Shown one piece after another: positions 56,463 to 64,000 of a stretch of DNA of 64,000 nucleotides; position 1 is the first letter of the stretch; the number at the start of each line of letters is the position of its first letter. A model generated the notes under the pieces. That model searched no databases and was not told the origin of the DNA. It saw only the letters and a program-made list of their open reading frames with translations. Origin of the DNA: Spirochaetia bacterium (lineage in GTDB: Bacteria > Spirochaetota > Spirochaetia > SZUA-6 > Bin103); assembly GCA_965203905.1 (NCBI GenBank), contig CBDBDQ010000005.1, positions 5,504,001 to 5,568,000 of the forward strand, read 5' to 3'. Made by a program: the position numbers and the translations under genes.

Positions 56463-57758
56463 ATGTATCGCAGTGGCCTCCTGGCGCGCTACGTGGCCCG
56501 CGAGTTTCTGCTCTCGGTGCTGGTCTCGTTTCTGTTCTTCTTCTCGATCTTCTTCATCAACGTGCTGTTGGTAACGGCCACCGACATCATGGCAAAGCAG
56601 GTGCCCCTGGGCGATGTCGCCCTGCTGGTGATGTACTCCCTGCCACAGATCATCCACCTCGCGTTTCCCTTCGCGACGCTGCTGGGGGCGCTGATGGCCC
56701 TGGGACGCCTGCGCGCCGACCGGGAACTCATCGCGCTGCAGGCCTCCGGTATCAGGCTGTTGGCGGGAATGGCTCCGGTCATACTCCTCGGGGGGGTGTT
56801 TTCAGGGCTCTCCTTCGCCACCAACGACGTGTTGCTGCCGGCCGGCACCATCGAGTTCAACCGCATCTATCGGCGCATCCTGTACAGCAATCCTGGCCTG
56901 GAGCTGGAGCCGAATACCGTCAAGCACTTCGAAGACAGTGCCATCGTGACCGGCGACGTGAGTGGCGACGTGCTGGGCGACGTGACGATCATCGATCGCG
57001 ACGAGTCGGGCAGGACGCGGGTGATCACCGCGCAACACGTCCGCCTACGCGAGAGCGGGCAACAGGCCGGCGTGATCTCGCTTCAGCTCAGCGATGTCTT
57101 CACGCACCTCATCGGCGCCGATCCCGGCGACTTCGAGTACGTCCGCGCTGCCGCCATGGAATACCACATCGTGCTGCCGGAGATCGTCGAGGCCCTGGTG
57201 GAGATCGGGCCGGCGGAGCAGAGCTCGGCGGACGTGTGGCGGGCAATCGCCGTGCAGCGCGCGCAGCAGTCGCTCCGCCAGCGGCAGGAAGAAGCGGAAT
57301 CCGAGCATGCGCTGCTGCTCGCAGTCGGGGCCGTGGCCGCACGGATGGCGGACACGCCACCGAGCGCGCGGCCCGCGTTGCTGCAGGGTGAGCGGGAGCG
57401 GCTCAGCGCCGCGCATCGCCGGCTGGCCGCGGCCGCCGAGCAGGAACCCGACCGCGAACTCCGCAATCACCTGTTCGAGTTCCACAAGAAGCTGGCCGTG
57501 CCCGCGGCGTGTCTCGTGTTCACCCTGTTCGCGCTCCCCGCGGGTTTCCTGGCACCACGGAGCGGCCGCGCCTACGGTCTGTTGGTGGGTATGCTCACGG
57601 CGGCCCTCTACTGGTCGCTGCTGGTGTCCGCCCACAGCGGCGGACTGCGGCATCAGTTCGCTCCGGCCCTGGCGATCTGGGCGCCCAACCTGGTGGTGCT
57701 CGCGTTGTCAGGCGTGCTCTACGCGCTGTGGCGGTGGCGATGCGGCTCCAGCGCATGA
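56463..57758 (+). CDS. lptF: LptF/LptG family permease
   Basis: Motifs RY..REF, L..D.EL.AL.ASG, EFHKK...P and A.W.PN. Confidence 0.88.
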   Translation: MYRSGLLARYVAREFLLSVLVSFLFFFSIFFINVLLVTATDIMAKQVPLGDVALLVMYSLPQIIHLAFPFATLLGALMALGRLRADRELIALQASGIRLLAGMAPVILLGGVFSGLSFATNDVLLPAGTIEFNRIYRRILYSNPGLELEPNTVKHFEDSAIVTGDVSGDVLGDVTIIDRDESGRTRVITAQHVRLRESGQQAGVISLQLSDVFTHLIGADPGDFEYVRAAAMEYHIVLPEIVEALVEIGPAEQSSADVWRAIAVQRAQQSLRQRQEEAESEHALLLAVGAVAARMADTPPSARPALLQGERERLSAAHRRLAAAAEQEPDRELRNHLFEFHKKLAVPAACLVFTLFALPAGFLAPRSGRAYGLLVGMLTAALYWSLLVSAHSGGLRHQFAPALAIWAPNLVVLALSGVLYALWRWRCGSSA

Positions 57759-58822
57759 TCCTGAGTTCGCTGCTGCCGGTATTCGGGATAGCGGTGATGT
57801 TCTTCGTCCTGATCATCGAGCTGGCCGACATTTCGCCCAACCTGTATCGCTACCTGTCCACCGGGGTCGCGCCCGGCGTGATCGCGCGCATTGCATTGCT
57901 GTACCTGCCGACGTGCATCACGTACGCGGTTCCCATCGCTCTTCTGTTCTCGGTCGCCCATACTCTGGGCTCCAGTTATGCGCGCAACGAGCTGATCGCG
58001 ATGTTCGGGGCCGGAGTCAGTCTGCGGCGACTGGTCGCTCCCCTGGTGCTGTTCGGCGTGTTGTTGAGCGGCGCGCTGTTCGTGTTCGAGGATGCGGTAG
58101 CCATCGACGCGCTGCGCAGGAAGAACCAGCTGCATCGCACCGCGCTGGACATACGGCTGCAACTCGACAACTTCGACGTGACGATCACGAGCGCCGATCG
58201 CCGCGTGGTGTACCATGCCGGCAGCTACGACGACGAACGCGGCGAGCTGTCTCAGGTGCTGGTGATCGAGCGGGCTCCCGATGGCGGCGTGGCAATGCGC
58301 CTGGACGCCGAGCGGGCGCGTTGGGATGGCAGCCGATGGCTGTTCGAGAACGTACGGAGGTTCTCGTGGCGCGACGGCAGCACCGCCGGCGTGATGGCCG
58401 AAGAGCATCGGGAACGCTATTCGGCGCCGCAGTTCGCCGACGGGCCGGCTGCGTTTCGGCGCGCCAACCGTGAGGTGACCGAGATGCGCTATCGTGATGC
58501 GCTGGCGTGGGTGGACACGCTGCGTCGCGCCGGGCGCGACTATCGTGCCGCGCTCACCGATTCCTACGGCAAGATCAGTTTCGCCGTTACACCGCTGGCG
58601 GTGACGTTGATCGCGGCGGCGGTGGGCGGAGTGATGCGGCGCAACATCCTGCTCATGAGCATGCTGCTGGCGTTGGGCATCTCGGTCGTATTCTACGTGT
58701 TGCGTCTGGCGGGAGAGATTCTGGCCGAGAACGGTGTGCTGTCGCCGGAGGTGGGCGCGTTCGGCGCAGTGTTCCTGTTCCTGCTGGCCGGGGTGACGCT
58801 GCTTCAGGTCGCGCGCACCTGA
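57740..58822 (+). CDS. lptG: LptF/LptG family permease
   Basis: Motifs NEL.AM..AG.S, A..ARW....W, KIS..V.P and G.L.P..GA. Confidence 0.88.
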   Translation: MRLQRMILSSLLPVFGIAVMFFVLIIELADISPNLYRYLSTGVAPGVIARIALLYLPTCITYAVPIALLFSVAHTLGSSYARNELIAMFGAGVSLRRLVAPLVLFGVLLSGALFVFEDAVAIDALRRKNQLHRTALDIRLQLDNFDVTITSADRRVVYHAGSYDDERGELSQVLVIERAPDGGVAMRLDAERARWDGSRWLFENVRRFSWRDGSTAGVMAEEHRERYSAPQFADGPAAFRRANREVTEMRYRDALAWVDTLRRAGRDYRAALTDSYGKISFAVTPLAVTLIAAAVGGVMRRNILLMSMLLALGISVVFYVLRLAGEILAENGVLSPEVGAFGAVFLFLLAGVTLLQVART

Positions 58823-58843
58823 AACGCAACCTCGGTTGTCGTC

Positions 58844-59989
58844 ATGGAGTTCACGATCGAACAGCCGGACCGGCACAGCGCGGCGCGAACCGGGCGCCTG
58901 GTCACGAGTCACGGCTTGGCGCGCACCCCGGTGTTCATGCCGGTGGCAACCAGCGCATCGGTCAAGGCGATGTGGCCGCAGGACCTCGCGTCAATGGGGT
59001 ATCGCGTGTTGTTGAGCAACACCTACCACCTGGTGGTGCGTCCCGGCATCGCGCGCATTCGCCAGGCCGGAGGCCTGCACCGGTTCATGGGCTGGGACGG
59101 CAGTCTGCTGACCGATTCCGGCGGCTTCCAGGTGTTCTCGCTCGCCACCTTGCGGCATGTGCACGACGACGGCGTGCGCTTTCAATCGCACCTGGACGGC
59201 AGCCCGCTGTTGTTCACCCCGGCCGGCGTCGTCGCCAACCAGATAGCGCTTGGCAGCGACATCGTGATGCCCCTGGACGTATGCACCGCGGCGGCCGCCG
59301 GCCGCGACGAGGCGCGTCGTGCGGTGGAGTTGACTCAGCGTTGGGCCGTCGCCAGCAAGCGGGCCTGGTGTGCGGCCCGAGACGCCGCCGCCGGTGAGCG
59401 GGTAGGGGCACTGTTCGGAATCGTCCAGGGTCATTTTCACCAGGACCTGCGTACCCGTTCCGCGGATCAGCTGCGCCGTCTCGAGCTGCCCGGTTACGCC
59501 GTGGGCGGACTCTCCGTGGGCGAGAGTCGCAGCCAGTTCCTGGAGTTCCTGTCGCTCTCCCTGGAGTTGCTGCCCGCGGACCGCCCGCGCTACGTCATGG
59601 GCGTGGGCAGCCCCGACTACGCGGTGGAGGCGGTAGCCGCCGGCGCAGACATGTTCGACTGCGTGTATCCGACCCGGGTTGCGCGGAACGCCCGCGCCCT
59701 TACCCGCTACGGGCCGCTGTCACTGCGCGCTGCGGCAGCTGGCGCCAGCGATGAACCCGTGGACTCCACCTGTGGTTGCCGAGTGTGTGCCCGCTTCAGC
59801 CGCGGATACCTGCGCCACCTGTTCAACCAGCGCGAAATCATGGCTTCGGTCCTGACCACCTGGCACAACCTCGCCTTCATGGCGCGGCTGCTCCAGGAGA
59901 TCCGCAGCGCTGTTCGCAACGGCTCGTTCGGCACCTTTCGGCGCCGCTTCCTGGCCGACTACCTCGATGGGATCGGCGATGCCCGCTAG
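58844..59989 (+). CDS. tgt: tRNA guanine transglycosylase
   Basis: Motifs TPVFMPV, NTYHL, TDSGGFQ, GGLSVGE, DMFDCV.PTR and the Zn site C.C..C...HN. Confidence 0.97.
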   Translation: MEFTIEQPDRHSAARTGRLVTSHGLARTPVFMPVATSASVKAMWPQDLASMGYRVLLSNTYHLVVRPGIARIRQAGGLHRFMGWDGSLLTDSGGFQVFSLATLRHVHDDGVRFQSHLDGSPLLFTPAGVVANQIALGSDIVMPLDVCTAAAAGRDEARRAVELTQRWAVASKRAWCAARDAAAGERVGALFGIVQGHFHQDLRTRSADQLRRLELPGYAVGGLSVGESRSQFLEFLSLSLELLPADRPRYVMGVGSPDYAVEAVAAGADMFDCVYPTRVARNARALTRYGPLSLRAAAAGASDEPVDSTCGCRVCARFSRGYLRHLFNQREIMASVLTTWHNLAFMARLLQEIRSAVRNGSFGTFRRRFLADYLDGIGDAR

Positions 59990-61520
59990 TCGCACGGGGC
60001 CGCGACGGGCGGTGCTCGCGCTCGTGGTGTGTACCGCCGTGTCCCGCGTGCTCGGCTTCGTCCGGGTTGCCGTGATCGGGGCCGTGTTCGGGGCTACCGG
60101 GGTTGCCGACGTACTCAACGCGGTCTACATGATTCCCAACAACCTGCGCAAGCTGCTGGCGGAGGGCGCGCTCTCCGCTGCCGTGATCCCGGAGCTGGCG
60201 CACGCACTGGAGCAGAAGGGCGGCGACCGCGCGGCCGAGGCACGAGTTCTGGTACGCCGCATCCTGACGCTGCTGACAGCCGTGGTGTCTGTCCTGGTAG
60301 TCGTGGCCGTAGTGCTGGCACGGCCGGTGGTGGGCGTGGTGCTGGAGTTCCCCGAGCCGTGGAAGATGGAGCTGGCGATGGGGCTGTTCCGGCTGGTGTT
60401 TCCGTACCTGCTGCTGGTGAGCATCGGCGCCGTGCTGATGGCTGCGCTCAACTGCCATGACGTGTTCGTGGTTCCGGCGCTGGCGCCGCTGCTGTTCTCG
60501 GTCAACGTCGTGCTCGCGATCGTGCTGTTTCATCGGCACTGGGGTCTGCTGGCCGCCGGAGTGGGCATCCTGGCCGGCGGTGTCGGCGGAGTCGTGGGGC
60601 AGCTACCGGCCTTCCTGCGGCGCGGTTACGACTTGCGGCCCGACTTCCACTGGTCGGACCCGCGGGTTCGGCGCGTCGTGCGGCAGTGGATCCCGGTGGT
60701 GGCGTCCGCCTCCATGTTCGCCATCGCCCAGCAGGTGGCCATCGTGTTTGCCTCGGGGTTGGAGGACGGCAGCACCTCGGCCCTGGCCAACGCGGTGGTG
60801 TTCTGGCAGCTCCCGTTCGGGATCTTCTCGGTGTCCGTGGTGACCGCCCACTTCCCGCGCATGAGCGTATACGCCGCGGCCGGCGACGCGCCGGCGCTGT
60901 CACGTACGTTCGCCGGCGGCCTCATGATGATAGTCGACCTGTTGCTGCCGCCGGCCCTGTTCTACCTGTTCTTCGGCGAAGCGGTGATTCGGGTGGCCCT
61001 CGAGCGAATGACGTTTTCGGCCACGGGTACGGCTCTCGCCGGGAGTGTCCTGGCCGGCTACGCGGTGGGGCTGGTCGGCGTGGGCGTGTTCAACTTCGCT
61101 CAGCGCTACTTTTTCGCCACCCGCGACTACCGGTCGCCGTTTCTGGCCGCGCTCCTGGTCGCCGCGATCGACATCCCCCTGTCACTGTGGCTGAAAGAGA
61201 CCTCACTCCGGGTCACGGGGCTCGCGGTCGCCAATTCCATCGCGTTTACCGCTGGCGCCGGCGCCCTGCTGGTCGCGGCGCGGCGCCGCATGCCGCAGCT
61301 GCAAGGTGAGCGGTTACTCGGCCACCTGGTGCGGGTAGTGGCGGCGAATGCGCTGCTGGCGGCGCTGCTGTGGGCCCTGGCCGAGGTGGTGCAGCCGTGG
61401 TGGCAGGCCGGCAGCACGCTGCCCAACGCATTGCTGACGCTGGCCATCGGGGCTTGCGCGGTGGGAGTGACCCTGGCCCTCTATCGGCTGCTGAGGCTTG
61501 CCTGGTGGCGTGACAGGTAA
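59979..61520 (+). CDS. murJ: Lipid II flippase MurJ/MviN
   Basis: Motifs SR.LGF.R, IPN.LR.L.AEGA and QLP.GIF.V, with multiple TM segments. Confidence 0.93.
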   Translation: MPASRTGPRRAVLALVVCTAVSRVLGFVRVAVIGAVFGATGVADVLNAVYMIPNNLRKLLAEGALSAAVIPELAHALEQKGGDRAAEARVLVRRILTLLTAVVSVLVVVAVVLARPVVGVVLEFPEPWKMELAMGLFRLVFPYLLLVSIGAVLMAALNCHDVFVVPALAPLLFSVNVVLAIVLFHRHWGLLAAGVGILAGGVGGVVGQLPAFLRRGYDLRPDFHWSDPRVRRVVRQWIPVVASASMFAIAQQVAIVFASGLEDGSTSALANAVVFWQLPFGIFSVSVVTAHFPRMSVYAAAGDAPALSRTFAGGLMMIVDLLLPPALFYLFFGEAVIRVALERMTFSATGTALAGSVLAGYAVGLVGVGVFNFAQRYFFATRDYRSPFLAALLVAAIDIPLSLWLKETSLRVTGLAVANSIAFTAGAGALLVAARRRMPQLQGERLLGHLVRVVAANALLAALLWALAEVVQPWWQAGSTLPNALLTLAIGACAVGVTLALYRLLRLAWWRDR

Positions 61521-61577
61521 GTCACCACGGTCACTCCGGGGCAGTGCACGGTGGCCACTGCGGACACACCGGGCGCT

Positions 61578-62336
61578 TCACGCGGACTCGGAAGGGGTGC
61601 CGAATGCCTTCAGGTACAGGCGCGTACGGTCATTCAACACCCCGTAGAAGGCTCGCGTCTCAGCGTCGGGAGAGTCGCGCCAGAACGTGGCTGGAATCGC
61701 CGAGTCATTCGCCAGCGGCGCACGGTGCCGGTGGCCGTAGTAGATCTGTGCCGTCTTGCGGATCTGCTGCGTGCGCCGCGTGGTCGCGGTGTGCAGCACC
61801 GATACGTTGAACAACGCGCAGGTTCCCGCCGGACCAAGCAGATCATGAACGCCGCCCCGGGCTAGCTGAGCCGTGGTATCGTCCAGCACCGGATCTGAAA
61901 TGGACTCCGGTGACAGTGACAGACAGTGGGTTCCCGCATTCACGTCGCGGAAGTAGACCACGAGCTGCAGGTAGTCCATGCGTAACGGATGGTCATGCCA
62001 GTGTCCCTTGTCCCGGTGCCAGCGCTGGTGCAGGGTGTCGTCATACGGCCCCATGGAACGCAACCCGATCTCACCGAAGCAGACCGGCCCACCCATCAAT
62101 TCAACTATCAACGGGAGTAGCCGCGGATGTCGAATCAGTTCGTCAAACTGCGGTGACGTTACCAGGGCGTCATAGTTTGCGTATTGGTGATGCCCGTAGG
62201 CGTGCCAGAAATAGGGATGCCTGCGGCGATCGTCGTCGAACATGGCTTCGAAGTAGGCGGTCTCATCCCGGTTCAGAACCGGTCCCAGATTGAGAAACCC
62301 GTTGGCGGCAAAGAAATCCCGTTGCTGGTTGGTCAT
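61578..62336 (-). CDS. PhyH-family Fe(II)/2-oxoglutarate dioxygenase
   Basis: Motifs F..NGFL, WHRD (HxD), AG...LF...LH and R. Start overlaps the greA stop. Confidence 0.85.
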   Translation of the reverse strand: MTNQQRDFFAANGFLNLGPVLNRDETAYFEAMFDDDRRRHPYFWHAYGHHQYANYDALVTSPQFDELIRHPRLLPLIVELMGGPVCFGEIGLRSMGPYDDTLHQRWHRDKGHWHDHPLRMDYLQLVVYFRDVNAGTHCLSLSPESISDPVLDDTTAQLARGGVHDLLGPAGTCALFNVSVLHTATTRRTQQIRKTAQIYYGHRHRAPLANDSAIPATFWRDSPDAETRAFYGVLNDRTRLYLKAFGTPSESA

Positions 62337-64000
62337 GACGACCTCACAAGTTCCTGCTGCTTGACCTTGACGATGCGCTCGATGCGGTAGTGAAAGTCTT
62401 TCTCGTTGATCGTGAACTGCAGCTCGTCATTGGTACGATGATGCCACAGTTCGGCACCTAGCGGCGACAGATATGAGATGATATTACGCTTCGGATCCGA
62501 CTCCCACGGACCCAGAATCACGTAGCGCTCCTTGGTGTTGCTTTCGATATTGGTGAGTTCGACCTCGGTGCCGAACGAGATCAGCGTGGCGTTGGCCTCT
62601 GCGAGGTCGAAGATCTGCGCATTCTGCAGATCTTCCTGGAGCCGCGACACGGCACTCTTCAGGTGTTCCTGTTTTTCCAAAGCCGCCTTGTACTCGGCAT
62701 TCTCCCGAAGGTCGCCCTTTTGCAGCGCGAGTCCGATTTCTTTCGAATTCTCGGGTATCTCGACTTCCAGAATCTGGCGCAATTCGCGTTGTCGATCCTC
62801 GTACCCCAAGCGGGTCACCAGGAGCCCCATGCGGACCGTGTCCTTGGCCTCCTCCTCGGCAAACCGGTACCCTGGAAATTTATCCTTGATACGCTGTCGA
62901 ACGCGGATTTTGATAGACGGATCAAGCTCCCTTACATCCTCCACCAAGGTGTAGATGCGGGTTATCGATTCCTCGTTTGCGCTACTGATGAAGTTCGCCA
63001 AGTGGCGTTCTTTGAAAAGGTAGTCAAAGATCTGTCGGTTCAATTTGCGATTCGCCGCTACCTCCCGCCGATTGCCGATGTCGCGATAGGTGAGGTCCAG
63101 CAGGTGAATCATTCCGATCATCACCTTCTCCGGCTTGATTCCGTGATTCTGCAGCCACTCGTCGTCACCGGCATTGCGCACCAGCCAGACAAATGGCAGA
63201 CGGTGTTCGCGATAGTCGTCGACCACCGTCGAGATCAGCTCGGCGACTACCTCGGTGTGCTCTGCGGTGCCTAATTCCTCCAGGATCTGGCGCGTCGGAT
63301 GAAACAGAAAGATGCGTGCGTAAACATGCGCCCAAGCACCGATGTCACTGAGAATATGGGCAAGGAAGTCCTTCCCCAGACCGGCCCCGTCAAGTAACTG
63401 GAAGACTTCCTCCAAGTCCTCGATGTCGACGAATAGCTCGCGAAAGGTAACGCTTACCCCAGGATCAAGGTGGGGATACTTTCGGGTGAGTTTTTCGATG
63501 ATCAGGAAGCTTGCTACGTTATTCTCGATCTGCCCTGAGGAGGCCTTCAGGAATCCCGCAAAGTACGTGAACATCTCCACCAGATACTCGGATTCGGGCT
63601 GGGCGTGGTCGAGGAATTCGTGCAGGGTCTGGACCCGGCTGAAGAAGCTCTTGTCGGCGCGGAACTTGTTGTAGGTCTTTTCTTCGAAGGAGATGGGACG
63701 TTCCCGCACCGAGTAGTGATCGAGCTTTCCGGTCACCGTGCCGAAGGCCGGATCGGTCTTGAGGATGCGGCGGGCAGCGGTGCTCCACTTCGACCACTCG
63801 TTGGGTGCCAGGATGCGGGGCACCAGCTCGCCCTTGACGCGCTTCATGTCAGCCGCGTTGGCAAAACTCCTGATCACCGTGCGCAGGGCCCATGAGGGAT
63901 CGTCCTTGACCCGCTGCTTGAGTTTGTCGCGGGGTACGGTGGCACGCAGTACCCAGATATGTTCACTATCGAGAATATGGAGTGCATTCACGGCCATCTT
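62333..64000 (-). CDS. greA: Long spirochaete-type transcription elongation factor GreA (5' part outside the window)
   Basis: C-terminal GDLRENAEY.AA.E.Q, FGT.V and ILGPWES.P...ISY.SPLG, preceded by a large helical N-terminal extension. Confidence 0.92.
   Translation of the reverse strand, partial: KMAVNALHILDSEHIWVLRATVPRDKLKQRVKDDPSWALRTVIRSFANAADMKRVKGELVPRILAPNEWSKWSTAARRILKTDPAFGTVTGKLDHYSVRERPISFEEKTYNKFRADKSFFSRVQTLHEFLDHAQPESEYLVEMFTYFAGFLKASSGQIENNVASFLIIEKLTRKYPHLDPGVSVTFRELFVDIEDLEEVFQLLDGAGLGKDFLAHILSDIGAWAHVYARIFLFHPTRQILEELGTAEHTEVVAELISTVVDDYREHRLPFVWLVRNAGDDEWLQNHGIKPEKVMIGMIHLLDLTYRDIGNRREVAANRKLNRQIFDYLFKERHLANFISSANEESITRIYTLVEDVRELDPSIKIRVRQRIKDKFPGYRFAEEEAKDTVRMGLLVTRLGYEDRQRELRQILEVEIPENSKEIGLALQKGDLRENAEYKAALEKQEHLKSAVSRLQEDLQNAQIFDLAEANATLISFGTEVELTNIESNTKERYVILGPWESDPKRNIISYLSPLGAELWHHRTNDELQFTINEKDFHYRIERIVKVKQQELVRSS

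Overview
High-GC (~65-70%) bacterial chromosome segment, most likely from a Spirochaetota. The taxonomy is inferred from a long spirochaete-type GreA, a spirochaete-type LptA, and a tmk/tamB-bamA-skp-mutS-comF-rimP-nusA-infB-rbfA-truB-rpsO-pnp-lptFG-tgt-murJ gene order like that of Borrelia/Treponema. Positions 1-17,000 are accessory. They hold lptA; a 1,700-aa lipoprotein with 11 Calx-beta domains (4.6 near-identical 339-bp units) and a leishmanolysin-like M8 protease; a sugar-acid catabolic cluster interrupted by an Rpn nuclease gene; a sulfatase remnant; and HugZ-like and tyrosine-phosphatase genes. Positions 17,000-64,000 are mostly core: tmRNA/smpB, lepB, hemW, yebC-ruvCAB-queA, tmk, the envelope operon and the nusA-infB super-operon. 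Four observations stand out. (1) A TonB-box-bearing, apparently plug-less TBDT-like protein plus ExbB-ExbD-TonB is translationally coupled to TamB and followed by BamA-Skp. (2) A near-consensus antisense sigma70 promoter is written into AT-rich synonymous codons inside yebC, in an excludon-like arrangement. (3) The Rpn gene has an internal SD/GTG that predicts an intragenic antitoxin and is flanked by two long hairpins. (4) Several genes have a leaderless-type -10 box 7-8 nt before the start codon. All calls are from reading the sequence by eye; no searches were run.
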